Assembly (NCBI RefSeq): GCF_000150275.1
Contig: NW_002060943.1
Coordinates: 10,076,209 to 10,140,208 of the forward strand
Origin: Trichoplax adhaerens
Taxonomy: Eukaryota; Animalia; Placozoa
DNA: 64,000 bases
Direction of reading: 5' to 3'
The notes under the pieces were generated by a model that searched no databases, was not told the origin of the DNA, and worked only from the letters and a program-made list of their open reading frames with translations. Positions within the stretch are counted from its first letter, which is position 1, and each line of letters begins with the position of its first letter. The position numbers and the translations under genes were made by a program. Of this stretch, positions 14,046-36,419 are shown one piece after another.

Positions 14046-14794
14046 CATGGACTACTTACTACAAGAAGGATTGGACCATAGAGTTAAGAAAAAAACATAC
14101 AGTAGAAGCGCCAACATTGCCTAACCCAGTATCACTCCCTCGGACAGGCGGACTTTTCTTACCGTAAACATCAAAAAATGCTTACTTAGTAATCCTTCCG
14201 TGTCTATTTTCTAAATCACTGGTACTAATTTAAATAACATCTACGATCTTCTATAACTGTTTCCAAGCAGAACTTATAACAGATAATAAGATTCAATGTA
14301 CAGTAATACAGTATTACTTGATTTAGAAAAAGTCACGTAATTTAATATCGATCGTCTCCATACTAAAGTACTATCATAACGAGGTGTTTGACATAATAGC
14401 CTGACGAGATAGATGTCTGTCCGTCCAAGAGTAATTAGTCCAGGTCAAGTCTTCTTCTAGTTGTCTATGACTATTATTGTACCGTACCTGACTGCGGTTG
14501 ACATCTAAATAGCTGCTTTGCTGCTAAGTTGGTTTTTTGGAGTATGATATACGGTTTCATTGGTATCGTATAGTAGAATGACCGAAAAAATGCTATTTTG
14601 TACTGACGGGGCCCGCCTGGTGTCCCTCTTTCTTTCCATTTGCACAGTACTAAGGGTTTTCAGATGTAGGCTGCAGTATAGCTGTCACATAGCATTTCTC
14701 ATCACGAATTCCAGTATACTGTACCACGGCTGCTTCTGTAAAGCAATATTCTAACTTAATCTGAACTTAAAACTGAAAGGCATTCCTTAGAGAA

Positions 14795-16328
14795 ATGAGC
14801 TTGTAAGAATATTGACTTGCATAATTTACCTTTTAATAAGTTACTTTCTCCCTCGTCAAACTGACTATTAATTCTCGTTGTAATTTACTGTACACACTGT
14901 ACGGCATATCAATAAAATTGCAAACCGGTATACCGTCATGACTGACACAACACCTCTTACTAAATCGCTGAGGATTTCTAGTATACATACGAAATTCATT
15001 CGAGTTATTCGTCAACGTTTAATCTAATTTAACCAAGGCAGTAAAATACCGTACCAATATTTTACTTAACCTTTATAATCTATCTATTGAAATACATCAA
15101 CAGCAATCGTATTTTACGTTTCTAAGTGTGATGTTATATATACATGTATGTTCAATTGTGCATATTATAGTAATGAAGATTCTGCAAGGGAGCTTCTGCA
15201 TAAGCAATTAATTGAATCTGGAGAAAAGGATCGGTAAGAAACAGGCAAATAGAAATATTTTAAGAACGAACTATATTTGTAATAAAACTATATATTGATG
15301 CTGCAGTATTGTAGCCAAAGATTACAATCTAGCATCGATCTACAGTACCTATAATATTAGATACTATATTGGTTTCTCTAGTAAGAATCAGCAGTACAAC
15401 TATACTGAGTCGGTACTACTGACTATCTTAGTAAATCGTTTCGCGGCTCTAATGTCACTGTACACTTTTTCTTGACGTCTAAATAGTGTACTATTCGCAT
15501 GCATTGCCTTATCTTTATATGCTATACATTTACAGTAAGTAATGCACTGTACTACTGCAGTATAAGTTAAGTTACGGACTACTATACTCATATATACGCT
15601 TATGGTGTATTTACAGTAGCAGTCCATCGTTAGCTTCAGTATCTTGATTTACTGACATTCACTTCAGTAATTTTTAAAATCTTACAAAATACATATACGC
15701 ATACGATATCTACTGGTACAACTATAAAAGCCTCTTAAATCTGGATATAACCCCTACTGTTGACTATGAATAGGTTAAAAGAATATTTATATGGCAAACT
15801 GGTTGAGGCTGGCTGGAAAAGTGATGTCATGGCATTATGCAGAGGTATAGTACTTCTCAATCAATTATAATTAACTATTAATAGATATACGCGTAAACAC
15901 TAGTGAAGGTTACTTTCGTGACTGACATTTAGCAATTATGTTACGGCTTTTCAGTTATAGTAAACTACAAATTTTTTTTTCAATATCAGATAATATAAAA
16001 GGAAGTGATGATCCAGACGCCGTTAAATTAGATGATCTAATTACTAAAATAACACCAAGAGCTAGAGGTACGCGAGCAGTGCTTTTCAGGATTCAAGTAA
16101 CAATTAGTTATCACATTTTCTCTAACAGAATTATTTTTTGCTATCAATGGTTGCTATATACGAGTATAATTTATTTCGAATTTAATAATCTGTAAAAATC
16201 CGTCATCAAACTAATGCTGAAATCGTAATTTATTAACTTTAACCCTAACAGCAATGGTACCGGATGAAGTAAAAAGGGAACTATTGCACAGAATTCGTAC
16301 CTACTTGGTCCAGCAATACAACTTATAA
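14795..16328 (+). CDS. ENY2: ENY2/Sus1 (SAGA DUB / TREX-2 subunit); exons about 14795-14802 (tentative), 15171-15233, 15774-15844, 15990-16067, 16252-16328
   Basis: The spliced product is ..KQLIESGEKDR-LKEYLYGKLVEAGWKSDVMALCR-DNIK...[32 protein letters not shown], which follows ENY2 ([45 protein letters not shown]). The first 8-nt coding exon (ATGAGCTT|gtaag) is the best phase-2 candidate only. Confidence 0.92.
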
Positions 16329-17065
16329 ATAGTGCAGTGACATTAAATTTTTTATTATCAATTGTTTATTATTTACCGTGAAAGATGTTCAATAATAAAC
16401 TCATGTAAATCCTTCAGTGACATTAGTACATATACTTCTGTATTCCGTATTTTACAAATTTGCGCTTATTTATGTATTCTAAAAAATAGAGCAGTAAATA
16501 ATTCATACTGCTATCTTTTTCTTCAACGCAAATTATCATAGTAGTTTGGTAAGATATTTATGTATGTTGCCTAATTGATTCATCTAACTTATGACAAGGA
16601 ACAGTAAATTTACAGGCTTTGTCGAATGTCAAATAGGAAATTATGTAATTAAGTAATATGAATTAGGTTTTCGCTTATTGAGTATAATAAATTAAGAAAG
16701 TCTCATAGTACCACACTATTGAACAACTATAGAATAAGTGTAAAGAAAACGTTAACAAAAGCGATCGTAAAACTAAAGAATGAGAACCATACGAATTGTT
16801 TGCTACTGTCAGATATGAAAAAGTACGGTATAACTGCTTTGAAAGAGCTATATTTCATGCAACGAATTTATGGATGTCGCTTAAGAATTACATACAACAC
16901 TAGTCCATACATGACTGTATAAATCAAGATATTATAATAAATTCACAATCTACGCTCCAAAACAAAGTGTGTATTATAAGCTTTATATCGAATGTTATTT
17001 GATGATATATAAAATATATGAGTAACATACTTTACAAGCAACCGAGCGAAAAACGCTTGAATTCA

Positions 17066-25124
<8,059 letters not shown>

Positions 25125-25179
25125 GATCGATGCCCAGACTCACAATAAGTGCGTCAAACCCTTTTAAACTTAACTAAAA

Positions 25180-25780
25180 GCACAGTGTACAGTACTGTAC
25201 TGTACACTGTATAGTATAGTGTTCTACTGTACTGTATACTGTATGTAAGCGTTAGCGATTGACGAACGGGTCATACCACTGTTTCTGGCAACTCATGGAT
25301 GTACTGTAAGTACTTACTGCACTATACTGTACTGTACTGTACTGTACTGTACAGTACGTGTATGTAACATGCAGTGCAGTATGTACAGTACGACACTGTA
25401 GCGTTCGCAAAGCATCAAAATTACGGGTCAAGACATTAAGGTGTACTGTACAGTACTGTACAGTAGTTAGTGAAATACTACAGTATCGTACAGTACAGTG
25501 TACTGTAATAGCGTATACTGTACAATACAGTACAGTATGTCACCACCTCCACCACTGCACCGTATGCGGGCCATACTAGGCCTGTCACACTTTCGGTTAA
25601 TACGGTACAATTACAATATAGTAACATTAAAAAAGAACGAGAGGAAACTGGCTGCTAAGTTGGTTTCGCCAGGGGCTCCTACAGAACACACAAGACTTTC
25701 ATGGGTGAAATCGTTTCTGTAACTAGATGTGCAGCATAATGGCGTATATATCATATACACTGTACAGTACTATACAGTAG
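25180..25780. promoter_or_regulatory. ACAGT/ACTGT repeat cluster immediately upstream of NSMAF
   Basis: Begins about 55 bp upstream of the ATG. Includes a pure (ACTGT)n run at about 25326-25350. Confidence 0.65.
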
Positions 25781-26722
25781 GTGCACATCAGCCCTTCTGT
25801 ACGTAGACAGCATCATTACTAATCTCGTTACAGCCAATATACTGTATAATCTATTAATTAATTAATTATAGACTACTAGTATTGTAGAAGACCTGAACAG
25901 ACCTATACTCGTATTCATCGATTTACGATTATCGTTCGAGATATGCGTACTGTGATCCAATTAACCCAAAGATGTACGCGTGCATTAGGTAAAGAATTTT
26001 ATGATCATTATTGCAGTACGTTTGTGTTTACCAATAATGTAGTGTACCTTCAATATTTGCTTAGAACTCCTTAAGTTTTTAAGTCAACGTGTTCAATTTA
26101 GTTACTTAGACATTATTCATTCTAATGTTATTTAAGAAATAATCCAACACTACAGCCGTATGTAATGCATTAATCAGTTACCGAATAAAGTTGTTGCTAT
26201 CATTCAGTCTGTTAAATTATGGCCAAACTTTTAAATATTGGCAACGTGTATAATTAAGAATGCAAGTTTTAAGCGGCATTATATGACTAAATAAATCATT
26301 TGTAAGTAATTATCGCAAAATTTGGATAATCATGTTATCAGAAATGTAAGATATGTTCTGTATTGGATGTGCGCATAAATTGCTTATCGACATTTATTTT
26401 TCTACAACGGTTTCTTTGCTGATACGACTCCTAGTAACACAGTAGCATTAGTTATTTAATAAAATCGTATTGGATAATAAATGTGTCACAATTTATTTTT
26501 TAATGGATAGATTACGATGTTTTGAACACTATCAGTGCCATCCATCAGCTTAGATTAAGATACAGTTAACCCTGTAATAAATCCCATTAAATAAATATAA
26601 CCAACTGAATTATATCACTAACTTACTGAATTATCATATTTTAGTCTAGTTTATCCCACATACACATAGCTCATATCGTGGTAACAACTGTGAACACTTA
26701 ATATGTCTCTTATTGCAATATC

Positions 26723-28016
26723 TTAATAATCAAACTGTATACTAGATTTTCCGGTCCTATTAATCCTTCTCTTAATCGCTTCTGCGGATACTTTACGCCT
26801 ATTACTAGCTAGACCAAGCCAAGCACATGCATCAATAAATAATGTTGTAAAGTTTAAAAATCGAAATTCGCTAGCAGAATAGTCATGCGGAAATGTATGA
26901 TGGTAGTTATGAAAACCTTCACCAATTGCTGCAAAAGAAACAGCCCAATTTTCGACAGGCTGGATATAACGATCGTAAGGTCGCATTCCCCAAAGGTGGG
27001 CAAAGCTATTAACGGACCATGTAGCATGGAGAAGAGCCGTATAGCGAAAAACAACAGCTACAAAAAAGGAATTGCTATAACTTTCATTCCATAGTAGCAC
27101 CGGCACCATCATTGGTATCAATAACCAAAAGAGAAAGAGAGTCAAACGATAGTACCTATAACATTAACATGGATAGATAAAAAATTTAGACACAAACGAA
27201 ATGCCAATAATTACTGAGTTAAGATTTTACGTAGTAATAATTATATTAACAGATAAATGCCTGCAGAGATAAACGTGTACCTGTGCTGAAACATGACAAT
27301 TCTATCATTATACAAATCTTGTAAATTGATATTTTTTCCTTTCGCCAAAACCTCCGGATGCTTCCTTACCATCAACCAACCAATATGACTGAAAAAGAAT
27401 CCTCGCTTAGAGTTATGAGGGTCAGCATCTGTCTCAGAATATTTATGATGAACTCTGTGATCTCTGCTCCAATGTAAAATGCTATCTTGAAGGCCTACAG
27501 AATTACAAATCATGAGAAAAATACGTAATGGAATCGTCGCCCTATAAGTCCTGAAAAAAAATGTTGGGTACAATTAATAAAATTTAAGTACTAAGAAACT
27601 GTTTCTTGTAATCTGTAGTATTTAATTAAACACACAGCATCGTACTATTAATACACCATCAACCAGTAAGCCGCACTACCGACCATTTATCATCATACTA
27701 CAACTGTTACATATACTGTTTACTAAGATAGAATAACTATAAATCAGTCACTCAACCTATGGGTCCACAGGCGGTGAGCTCCAGCAGTTACACCAAGCGC
27801 TCCGAGTATATATAGCGACAGCGCCCAAAGCAATGTCCATGTCTGAGCATAAGGAACGAGACATGCTCCTTTAAAAGCTAAGATATGTAGTATTGATATC
27901 CTGACAACGCTTCTCCAAATAATTTGACGTTTGTACGCAATTTTTTTCTCTTCTACTTGCTCACTTTTATCTTCAACTTCAGTGATTAGGGAGGTCAACG
28001 GTACTTGCGGTGGCAT
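26723..28016 (-). CDS. SCD: Acyl-CoA delta-9 desaturase; join(27757..28016, 27281..27550, 26723..27155), 320 aa
   Basis: Three His boxes (HRLWTH, HRVHH, HNYHH) plus SETDADPHNSKRGFFFSHIGWL. Both GT-AG introns splice in frame. Confidence 0.96.
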
Positions 28017-28970
28017 GATCGAAAGTGATGTACAGTACTGCAGCGGCAATAACAAATTACTTAGCTAACATTTAACGTAGCAAAATCATTTGTATGGCTT
28101 TTACAAAATTATTATTGACAGTTTCAAGTTACACCATTTTGCACGTACTGTATTCCATCAACTAATCGTTATTCATAAATACTAAATCATTAAATCATGT
28201 AATAGGTTTAGTATAAATCGATTTACAGCACACTATATCAAGTCTGTACTGTAAGTTTGGATAAGTTAAGTTTTAAGCTTTAATCAGCAAGCAACATTAT
28301 CAACGAAATTGAGAAAACATGTTCCCAAAAGTCATCGCCGTTAATCAATGGTTATAAATAAATAAATTAAATTACAATTGCTGTATTATGTTATAATCAT
28401 AATTGGATGATACTGTGCAGCTAGGCATGAGCTTAAAAATACTGTACAGTACTGTAGTAGCTAGCAAAAACCTGCTACTACAGTACTGTACTGTACTGTA
28501 TACAGTACTTTCAATTCTATGATGTGAGATAAACACTACGAGAACTGTGATTAACCGAGTTATCGCACAGCACAAGTACTGTACTGTACGGTACTGTACA
28601 GTAGTGGGCCAATTACATGTCCAAATACTGTATACTGTAGCGAACAGACAGGTAGACGCATGTACAGTACACTGTACATTTAAAATGTACAGTACACTAT
28701 TGTACAGTATTCTATTTACATATTTTGCATAAATTACAGTACTTTGCTACAGACAATGCACAGTATTAGTAGGACAGCTTATGTACTGTATTGCAGTAAA
28801 CGAAGTGTAGGAAGTAATTTATGCAAAATGGTTAGGGCTAATGTAATGTACTGTACAGTACTGTACACTCAGTACGCAATAGCTGCCAAGTAAAAGCTCA
28901 CATTTACTGTACTGTACAGTACAGTACAGTACGGTACACATACAGTATGTACAGAAAAGCCTCCAAGTTA

Positions 28971-29003
28971 AATTTTATTTTATTTTATTTATTTTATTAT
29001 TTT
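28971..29003 (+). repeat. (ATTTT)n microsatellite
   Basis: About 6 tandem copies are read directly. Confidence 0.8.
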
Positions 29004-30645
29004 ACTGTTAATAATTTATATATCTATACAGTACTGTACATGTAGTCAAGATTAGCCAAAACATAAAAACAAATTACTATTTTAGAGCTAATTTTCTAGT
29101 TTGTTACATTTACTGTGCTGTACTGCATGTTTTTTTAAGCTGTTAACTTTCATATAGTATTCAATATGTACAGTACTGTAGTTCCAAAAAATTTTATCCA
29201 TTGCCATTACGATATAGCATAGCATACCATAAAACATTGCTTGAATATTCAATTTTTTGGCGTTGTTACCGTTGTCTATGTAACGTATATTCGTATGTTG
29301 ACTAATATTGTACTGAACTGTGCTGATATAATGACTAAGTATCGTTATAAAAATAAAATATTTTGGCATAATATGTGACTAGTAATTAACCTATGGTAAC
29401 TTACCGGAACGGGTTAGCAAGAAAGCCTACAACGATCTTCGGCACACAAGAAAGTGTAACGTCTATATGACTGACTGTGTCTTCTGTGCTCTTCAATCTT
29501 CACACACTCCGATTAAATGAGGAATTAACAACTGTGCCGCACTACTATATCGAAAATGACCCATGTGTGTACAGTATTCTACTGTACTGTACAGTACAGT
29601 ACAACAATTGCGATCATACTGTACGTTGTACAGTACTGTACTGTAGAATACTCGCTCGCACAGTACAGTACGGTACAGTACAGTATGTACTGTATGATTT
29701 AAAGACGATTCCTTTTAATTATTTAATTAATTAGTGGTTTAATTAACATTTAAATGAGACATTAAAACAATAGGAGAAATAAATGAAGGGTAAATGAATA
29801 GTGAATACTGTACTGTACTGTAGTACGTACGCACTGTACCGCAAGCTTTAGTCCACTTTCGGTAGATTTTACTGTTCTTCACTGCAATGCCGTATACAGT
29901 ATATATTAAATGTGCAAACTGTATTAAACCTCAAACTTTAAAAAATGCACCTTAGCTATGAACGAGTAGTAATGCTGTTGCACTTATTAACAGTACCGTA
30001 CAGCAGCAGCAGCGTTCTCCTCTCACAGTGCTAGTGTACAGACTATTCAGCAGGTTGACTGCCGACGGCAAACAGGTGTCACGTTGCAAGATGGTAGTAC
30101 TGTATACTGTGTACAGTATAGTATAGTACAGTACAGTACTGTACCATTAGTTTCCTTTGTTTTGTACTTTACCATTATTACCATTAACTGTCATTAATTT
30201 AGAACTCAGAATTCTCGTATCTTTACTGGTATGCCAAATTCACCTGATTGTACAGCGACCAATCAATGCAATAGCCATGATGATGATGTTAAGCCACGTG
30301 AATGATGATGGCCAATAATAAGAAGAAGAATTACAGCACTGTAAGCTCAGCAGATTTTGCAGACTTTTACCGCGTAACTGTACAGTACTGTACACTGTAG
30401 GTAATATACTGTACGGTACAGTACAGTACAGTACAGTACAGTACAGTACTGTACTGTACACTGTAGGTAATATACTGTACTGTACGGTACTGTACTGTGC
30501 ACTGTAATCGTACGAATCACACGTCTGAGCCAGCCATACTACTACTATACTGTATGTTGACCGGCTTGACCCGACGCTTTGCTTTGCAGTGTCTTTAACA
30601 TCTTGAATACGCGTACAGTACATCATATTCCCGTACTGTCTAATA

Positions 30646-30931
30646 AGGGACTACTCGAACGAGAAGGTAGGGATTATAGCTGCTAAAAATGTGGAGGTCG
30701 ACTTTTTGTAGCCATTTTACAGTACGCTAAAAAGAGCAGCCTACGACTGTAAGCGTGCATCTTACTGTACAAAAACCAAGCTGGCAGCTACTGTAAAATG
30801 ACCAGCAAAAAAAAGTCGGCCTCGACATCCCTGTATCTGTACAGTGTACACTGTACAGTACTGTACAGTACTGTATAGCCAACGATCGCGTCCTGTCCTG
30901 TCCCCCCTTTCTCTTCTTTCGAGTAGTCCCT
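30646..30931. mobile_element. MITE-like foldback element with GGGACTACTC termini
   Basis: Outer inverted repeat AGGGACTACTCGAA ... TTCGAGTAGTCCCT. A second, nested inverted repeat is ATGTGGAGGTCGACTTTTT..CATTTTACAGTA / TACTGTAAAATG..AAAAAGTCGGCCTCGACAT. Confidence 0.65.
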
Positions 30932-33580
30932 GATCTAATATACGTACTGTACACTGTACAGTACAGTACTGTTACAGTGATGATTGTAGTGATAAAGCTA
31001 AATTTAGTGCAAAAATGCTGCTAAAAATTAATACAACCATAAATAAATTAAATTAAATTTAAGTAATTTCTTGTTAACTGTATTTCAGTTTTGCATTTAG
31101 TCGTACATCCTACAAATTACACAATCACTCTTACTCTAAGAAAGATATACTGTATCATCTTTTAATGCACATACGTTGAGTATTTGACATCAGCATGACT
31201 GGTCCTAAAGGTCACCAGCATGTGATGCTCCATGCTTCGCATTGAGTACGACGTACAGTACAGTATATTGTTAAGATATGACTACAGTACTGTACTGTAT
31301 ATAGCCGAGTCAAGGATATGTAGTTACTGTTAAATGTTATCATATCTTCATGTTTTAGTGGCTAGTGCCATAAATATGTCGAGTGTCTGTAACTTTGTCA
31401 CCTTTTAAATTAAATTAAATCACAGATTAAAATTAATAGAAAAATTGCGTTTTTTCGTGTACTGTACAAGTCCATCCTCCATATAATGGAGGATGTGGTA
31501 CCAAACAGCCCAAGCTGCACTGTATATCGGCGACTTTCCATCTTGCAAATAAATTGAAACAACGATATTTCATTACAACGGATATATGGAGATAGGATCG
31601 AAATTTCGTATGAGGACAATTCTAGGATTGTCTGGACAGTCCTAGCCCTGGGATGATTAATTTTGGTGTTTGACCATAATTCCTATGTACAAGTACAGTA
31701 CAACGGATATATGCATATACACACACACTTATAGCATTGACACGAAAAATCGGGCCTGGCTGTCAATTTTGTCAAAATCCCCTTTCTCTGCTAGGCAGTG
31801 TACAGTAAAATGAAGTATCGTAAATTATTCCAAATCAGACTTAATGTAAGAATATGTCCCCTAATTATATTTATTGTACGCGTAAAATACTGTACTGTAC
31901 TGTACAGTACAGTAAAAAGCGGATAATGAATCATGATACTGTGTACTCGTATATACGTAGTGCAACATGTACAAACATGTTATACTGTACTGTACTTGTA
32001 GCGGTTTTAGTTAGTTAAGTCTTCATTAATTACACAGTACACGGTATAAAGTTACTGAACCTCTGACAGGTCTACTGAGTACGACAAATGGTAATACTAT
32101 CTGTTAAATGAGCACATTATCGTAAACCGTCAGCAAAGCGACGGGAGTTTGCGCTAGTATATATTGTACATCAAACGTTGTACTTGTAACGGTTTCAGTT
32201 AAGTCTTCATTTGAGTGCCTATCCTGCTCCTTACTCTTTTTACATGTACAGTACAACCGTCGTAACTGGTCTCTTATCCAGTGATTATATATATTGTACA
32301 TCAAACGTTATCATACTATACTATCTATCCCTAATACCTTAATATGGTGTTCATATCTAAAGCATACCAAGTCATAAGCAACACATCGAATACTATGAAC
32401 CACACGACTGTACATATAATGACGTATACCGTCACAATACTACGTAGCTACATCTCTCGTTCCACTCAGTACGAACAAATCATTGATCCCATTAAAGTCA
32501 TGAACTACTTTCTTCTAGTAATGCCACATATACGAGTTGGAATATCTTGAACAGTTTCAATGAGGATAGTGGTTCTGCTTTTACTCACCTCCTATCATTA
32601 ATAGTAATTTAAATACATGTTATGCTGTTTACTGTTTAATTTAACACTAACAACAGTGAACACATAACTACGCATACGCGTAGTTCCATAGAAACGATTT
32701 CCTTTCACTTTAAATATCTATACAGTAGTATGGGTATACGAGCACAGCACCCACTAAGAATGTGATACTATGAATAACTGACTGCAAGCTTCAATTTACA
32801 CTTACACTTACATTGCTAGCCTTAGGATAACAAACTTTGTTGTTCTTACATGGTACTAGAAAAATGTTTATTTGAAGCTAATATTTACTACATTACGTGG
32901 TTATTTAACGACATACAAACTAAACGGTAATAATACAGTATCATGTTAATAATTACATCTACACGATATTTCTATGGCACTACGACATAATACAGTACTG
33001 TTACTACAGTAGCAGAGTACTGTATCATACGTTTCATTTCGGTGTTTTTAATATAGCGGATAAATTATATAAAGCAATAGAATGTATAATATCGACTCAT
33101 AATATTCAAGATAGTTCTTTATCCTGCTACGCATCACTGACTATACAAAAATAAATCCTAAAATGCTCAAATAAGTTCTTTCGTTAATGTAAGCCAGCTC
33201 TATAATTGTGCCAAAAATTATTTAAGAAATATCATGAGTTTAGATAAATACAACATCAACATAATCTGATACATATCGAACGATCATTAATGTTAACAAT
33301 AGCCACTTCTGTTTTACTACAGCTCAGTATATAATATATTGATCCACAACGTAAGAGATAAGTTTAATAGTAAAATATACCTGTACAGAATATATAATTT
33401 AATTCGCTATTGCAATACAGGCTACATTAGTACCATACAACACTGCAGATTGCTAAAGAATTGCATCTCTTTAAGATCATTTTTACGTTCCTTAATCAAA
33501 AGCGTGACGTTAGCAACCATTGAGAATAAATCGCTAAGCAGCTTTTGCTGCATCAGGATATCTTTCATCCATAGTTCTCT

Positions 33581-36271
33581 TCACAACACAAATTTTCCCA
33601 AAATAATTCCGATAATTAAAGCAACGATCATATAAACTACTGGTGAAATTTGCTGGTTTGGGGTTTCTACTACAGATGGACTACTAACATTTTGGGAAAC
33701 ACTAGTCTTTTGAGGAAGACTTGGTTGCAATTTTCGCTGGCGTATATCAGTCTCCTAAAGTAAACTTACATGTTAATCAGAGGCGTCCACTTGCCCATAA
33801 TATGATATAAATTATAAACACGGAAAAGACTTACCTTAGTTTTATCCACGGTAATTTTAGGCTATAACAGAAGAAATAAAGATGTTATATATTCGGGATG
33901 AGGGGTATATTCAAACCCTTAAAATCTAAGACTACGAAAATTACGGCTTCTCAGTATCGCAATACAGCACGAACCTCTACTTCATGAGCGCTATCAGCAG
34001 GAATCGATGTGTTCGTACTAATTGGTTGGGGGATATTTTGCTGTTGGGGAGAATCTTCAACCTTCTCCTTAGCAGGTCCCTGAGTAACAACTGCATGTGT
34101 GTTTTCATCCTAAAATACGTATAAAATTTACTAATTTAACGCGAGACACAATATTACAGTAAGTCCAGTAGTTGGAAATCATATCACCGCTTTAACAAAT
34201 ACCTTATTTGCATTTTGTGATACAGGTTCGAAAACACACTTTAATTTCGAATCCATCACTGAAGCCGAGTTCACAGCTTTCCACTAATAAATACAAGTAT
34301 TTAAAATTAGAGTAATAACTTCTCGAGCAGTTGATCTAACGTTATTTTAGAATGCAGAACAAGGGAAGTCAACTTAAATCAGGTACTTATTTAGTCAGCT
34401 CATATACATATAATCCTAAGATCAATAACATTTAAACCGATTAAAATACATGTAATAATGGAGCAAGGCCAACGCCAACTTGCTAAATGCTACACGTTGG
34501 GTTAAAATCTAATAAAACGATTTAAAAACTACCGAAATTGATGCCTATATTTACTAAGGTACTTACCACGTCCCCAGATGACATGTCCGACGGGGGATAA
34601 ACAGACTGAACCATAAATTTATGCTTGGTAGTTTTATCGCTAGGATCATGCGCAAGAGGTTGCAGCATGACTAAATCATTAATTACGAATAAAATAAGCC
34701 AGATCAATTATAGTTATCAGTAAAGCAAAAACTGTCAAGTAACTTTATTGGACACGTTATTAAGCTCACATACTTGAAACAACCAATGAATCTTGCGGAT
34801 CAATGATACCATTATTTGGCCGCACACAATAATGCTTAGGTACAGTAGTTTTTACCTTAAAGCAAATTCTTTTGTCGGTAGGGTTAGCTAACTTTAACTG
34901 AGTTGTAACTACTTTGTCAAAAGGACCTAATAAAGTAATGAAACATATTGTACTTTGTTACTTCATACCGCGAATAGCCTTACATCATGCAAACGAATCT
35001 AACAAGCTTCTGCAACATGAAATGGAACAATCGCAGTAAAGCATTAAAAAGTGAAAGAATACAATACATCTAAAATTCGAAACTGCAGTAATTTTAGAAG
35101 ATGATAAATAACCAATACCAATCAAAACGATTAACAGCACTGAATATCATACAAAATTCAAAGGTATCTCATATTGATTGACATACGGTAAATAAAATTA
35201 GCGTATGATTAATCATGTCACCATTACTCATTTGCATCAGAAAGTACCCAGCACACGTACATCTTTCACAATGCAATTGAAACTTTTTAGTTCTTTGCAG
35301 GGCCTATTATTTAGGGGCGAAATACTATAGTAGTTGCCAGTAATTCAAAGACCACTTAATATTTATGTTAACAAATCATTATTATCATTATTTACCCGTC
35401 CGGGGAATAGCTGTACAGTACAGTGCACTACTGCGCTATGATCGACTACGGCTCGTTTATGCAAGATGTGTATGCGCGCTTTTCAATGAATGATTATGTA
35501 TTACGATATATCCAGGAACACTAGATACCCCGCCGTACATGATATTAAAATTTTGTACACGTTCTCAGCTGCTGCATCGAAGTTTAGTCCAGATGAGCTA
35601 TTTACCATGCTTCAAAGAACAAATCACTGTACAACCATATACAGTATAAAGTTGTAAGTGCAAAATTCGCAATAGTCAGATCAACCGACCAATCATAAAT
35701 ATTACAGGCAGTAGGGCGAAGTATAAAATGTTATTCAACGAAACTGATATTTGCTGATTCGTAGCTGATAGTCGCCAATTTGTACGGCCCCACCGATATA
35801 AAGTCACTATTCGATCATGTTGTACTCACAATTACAGCATTAAGGAAAAGTCTAAGAACATTTCGCTGAGATACTGCATATCAAATGCGATTTAATGTAT
35901 CATACAGTATTAAAGGCTTGCTCTCAATGTACTTTACGGAATTTTAGCCATTCGACATTTGGATTTATCCACTAATACGACGAGATTATATCCCTTACAA
36001 AGGTTAAAACTTGATTTTTAAATGTACGGTATCAGACTAGATTAATAATTAACCAATCACAAACGGAAGATGCTATGACATTGCTTCAAATTATCGTACG
36101 TGAATTCCGTCATTTTAGTCGAAACGTCATGCCAACTTTGCAACTAACAAGCTACTTGTCACTATGTACACAGTACATTTCAATATCCTATTTTCTTTAT
36201 GAGCACTTCTTACCTTTAAATCTCAATTCGGTACTAGGATCTAAAATTAATGCTTGTTCCACTTTCGACAT
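33581..36271 (-). CDS. VAPB: Vesicle-associated membrane protein-associated protein (VAP, VAPA/B co-ortholog)
   Basis: [59 protein letters not shown] forms the MSP signature. Also [17 protein letters not shown] and a C-terminal [13 protein letters not shown]. Confidence 0.93.
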
Positions 36272-36419
36272 TTCGCTTCAATTTAATCTTTCATGGGAGT
36301 TCTCCGTAAAAAAAAAACTGAAAATTAATCCAAAGCGATACGAATAGTCGAATACCACGTTCACTTTCAAAAGACTCCAGTTACATGATACGGTATAACT
36401 TCACGCGCAGATTAATTAA

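Larger units (their letters stand above)
28430..31920. repeat. Extended series of ACAGT/ACTGT repeat clusters upstream of SCD and in gene-free sequence
   Basis: Clusters at about 28440-29040, 29570-29830, 30095-30145, 30375-30500, 30835-30975, 31250-31300 and 31890-31915. Pure (TACAG)n at about 30417-30448. Confidence 0.85.

Noticed and set aside
25358-25722. ORFs rich in Y-S-T-V-Q/C-T-V-L-Y (also 30240-30626, 36599-36931, 52202-52614, 29477-29734)
   Set aside because: These are translations of the ACAGT/ACTGT repeat, which lacks stop codons in most frames; they are not real proteins.
35299-35791. Possible degenerate terminal inverted repeats (GGGCC..GGCGA) in VAP intron 1
   Set aside because: Similarity is too weak to call by eye, and no TSD was found.
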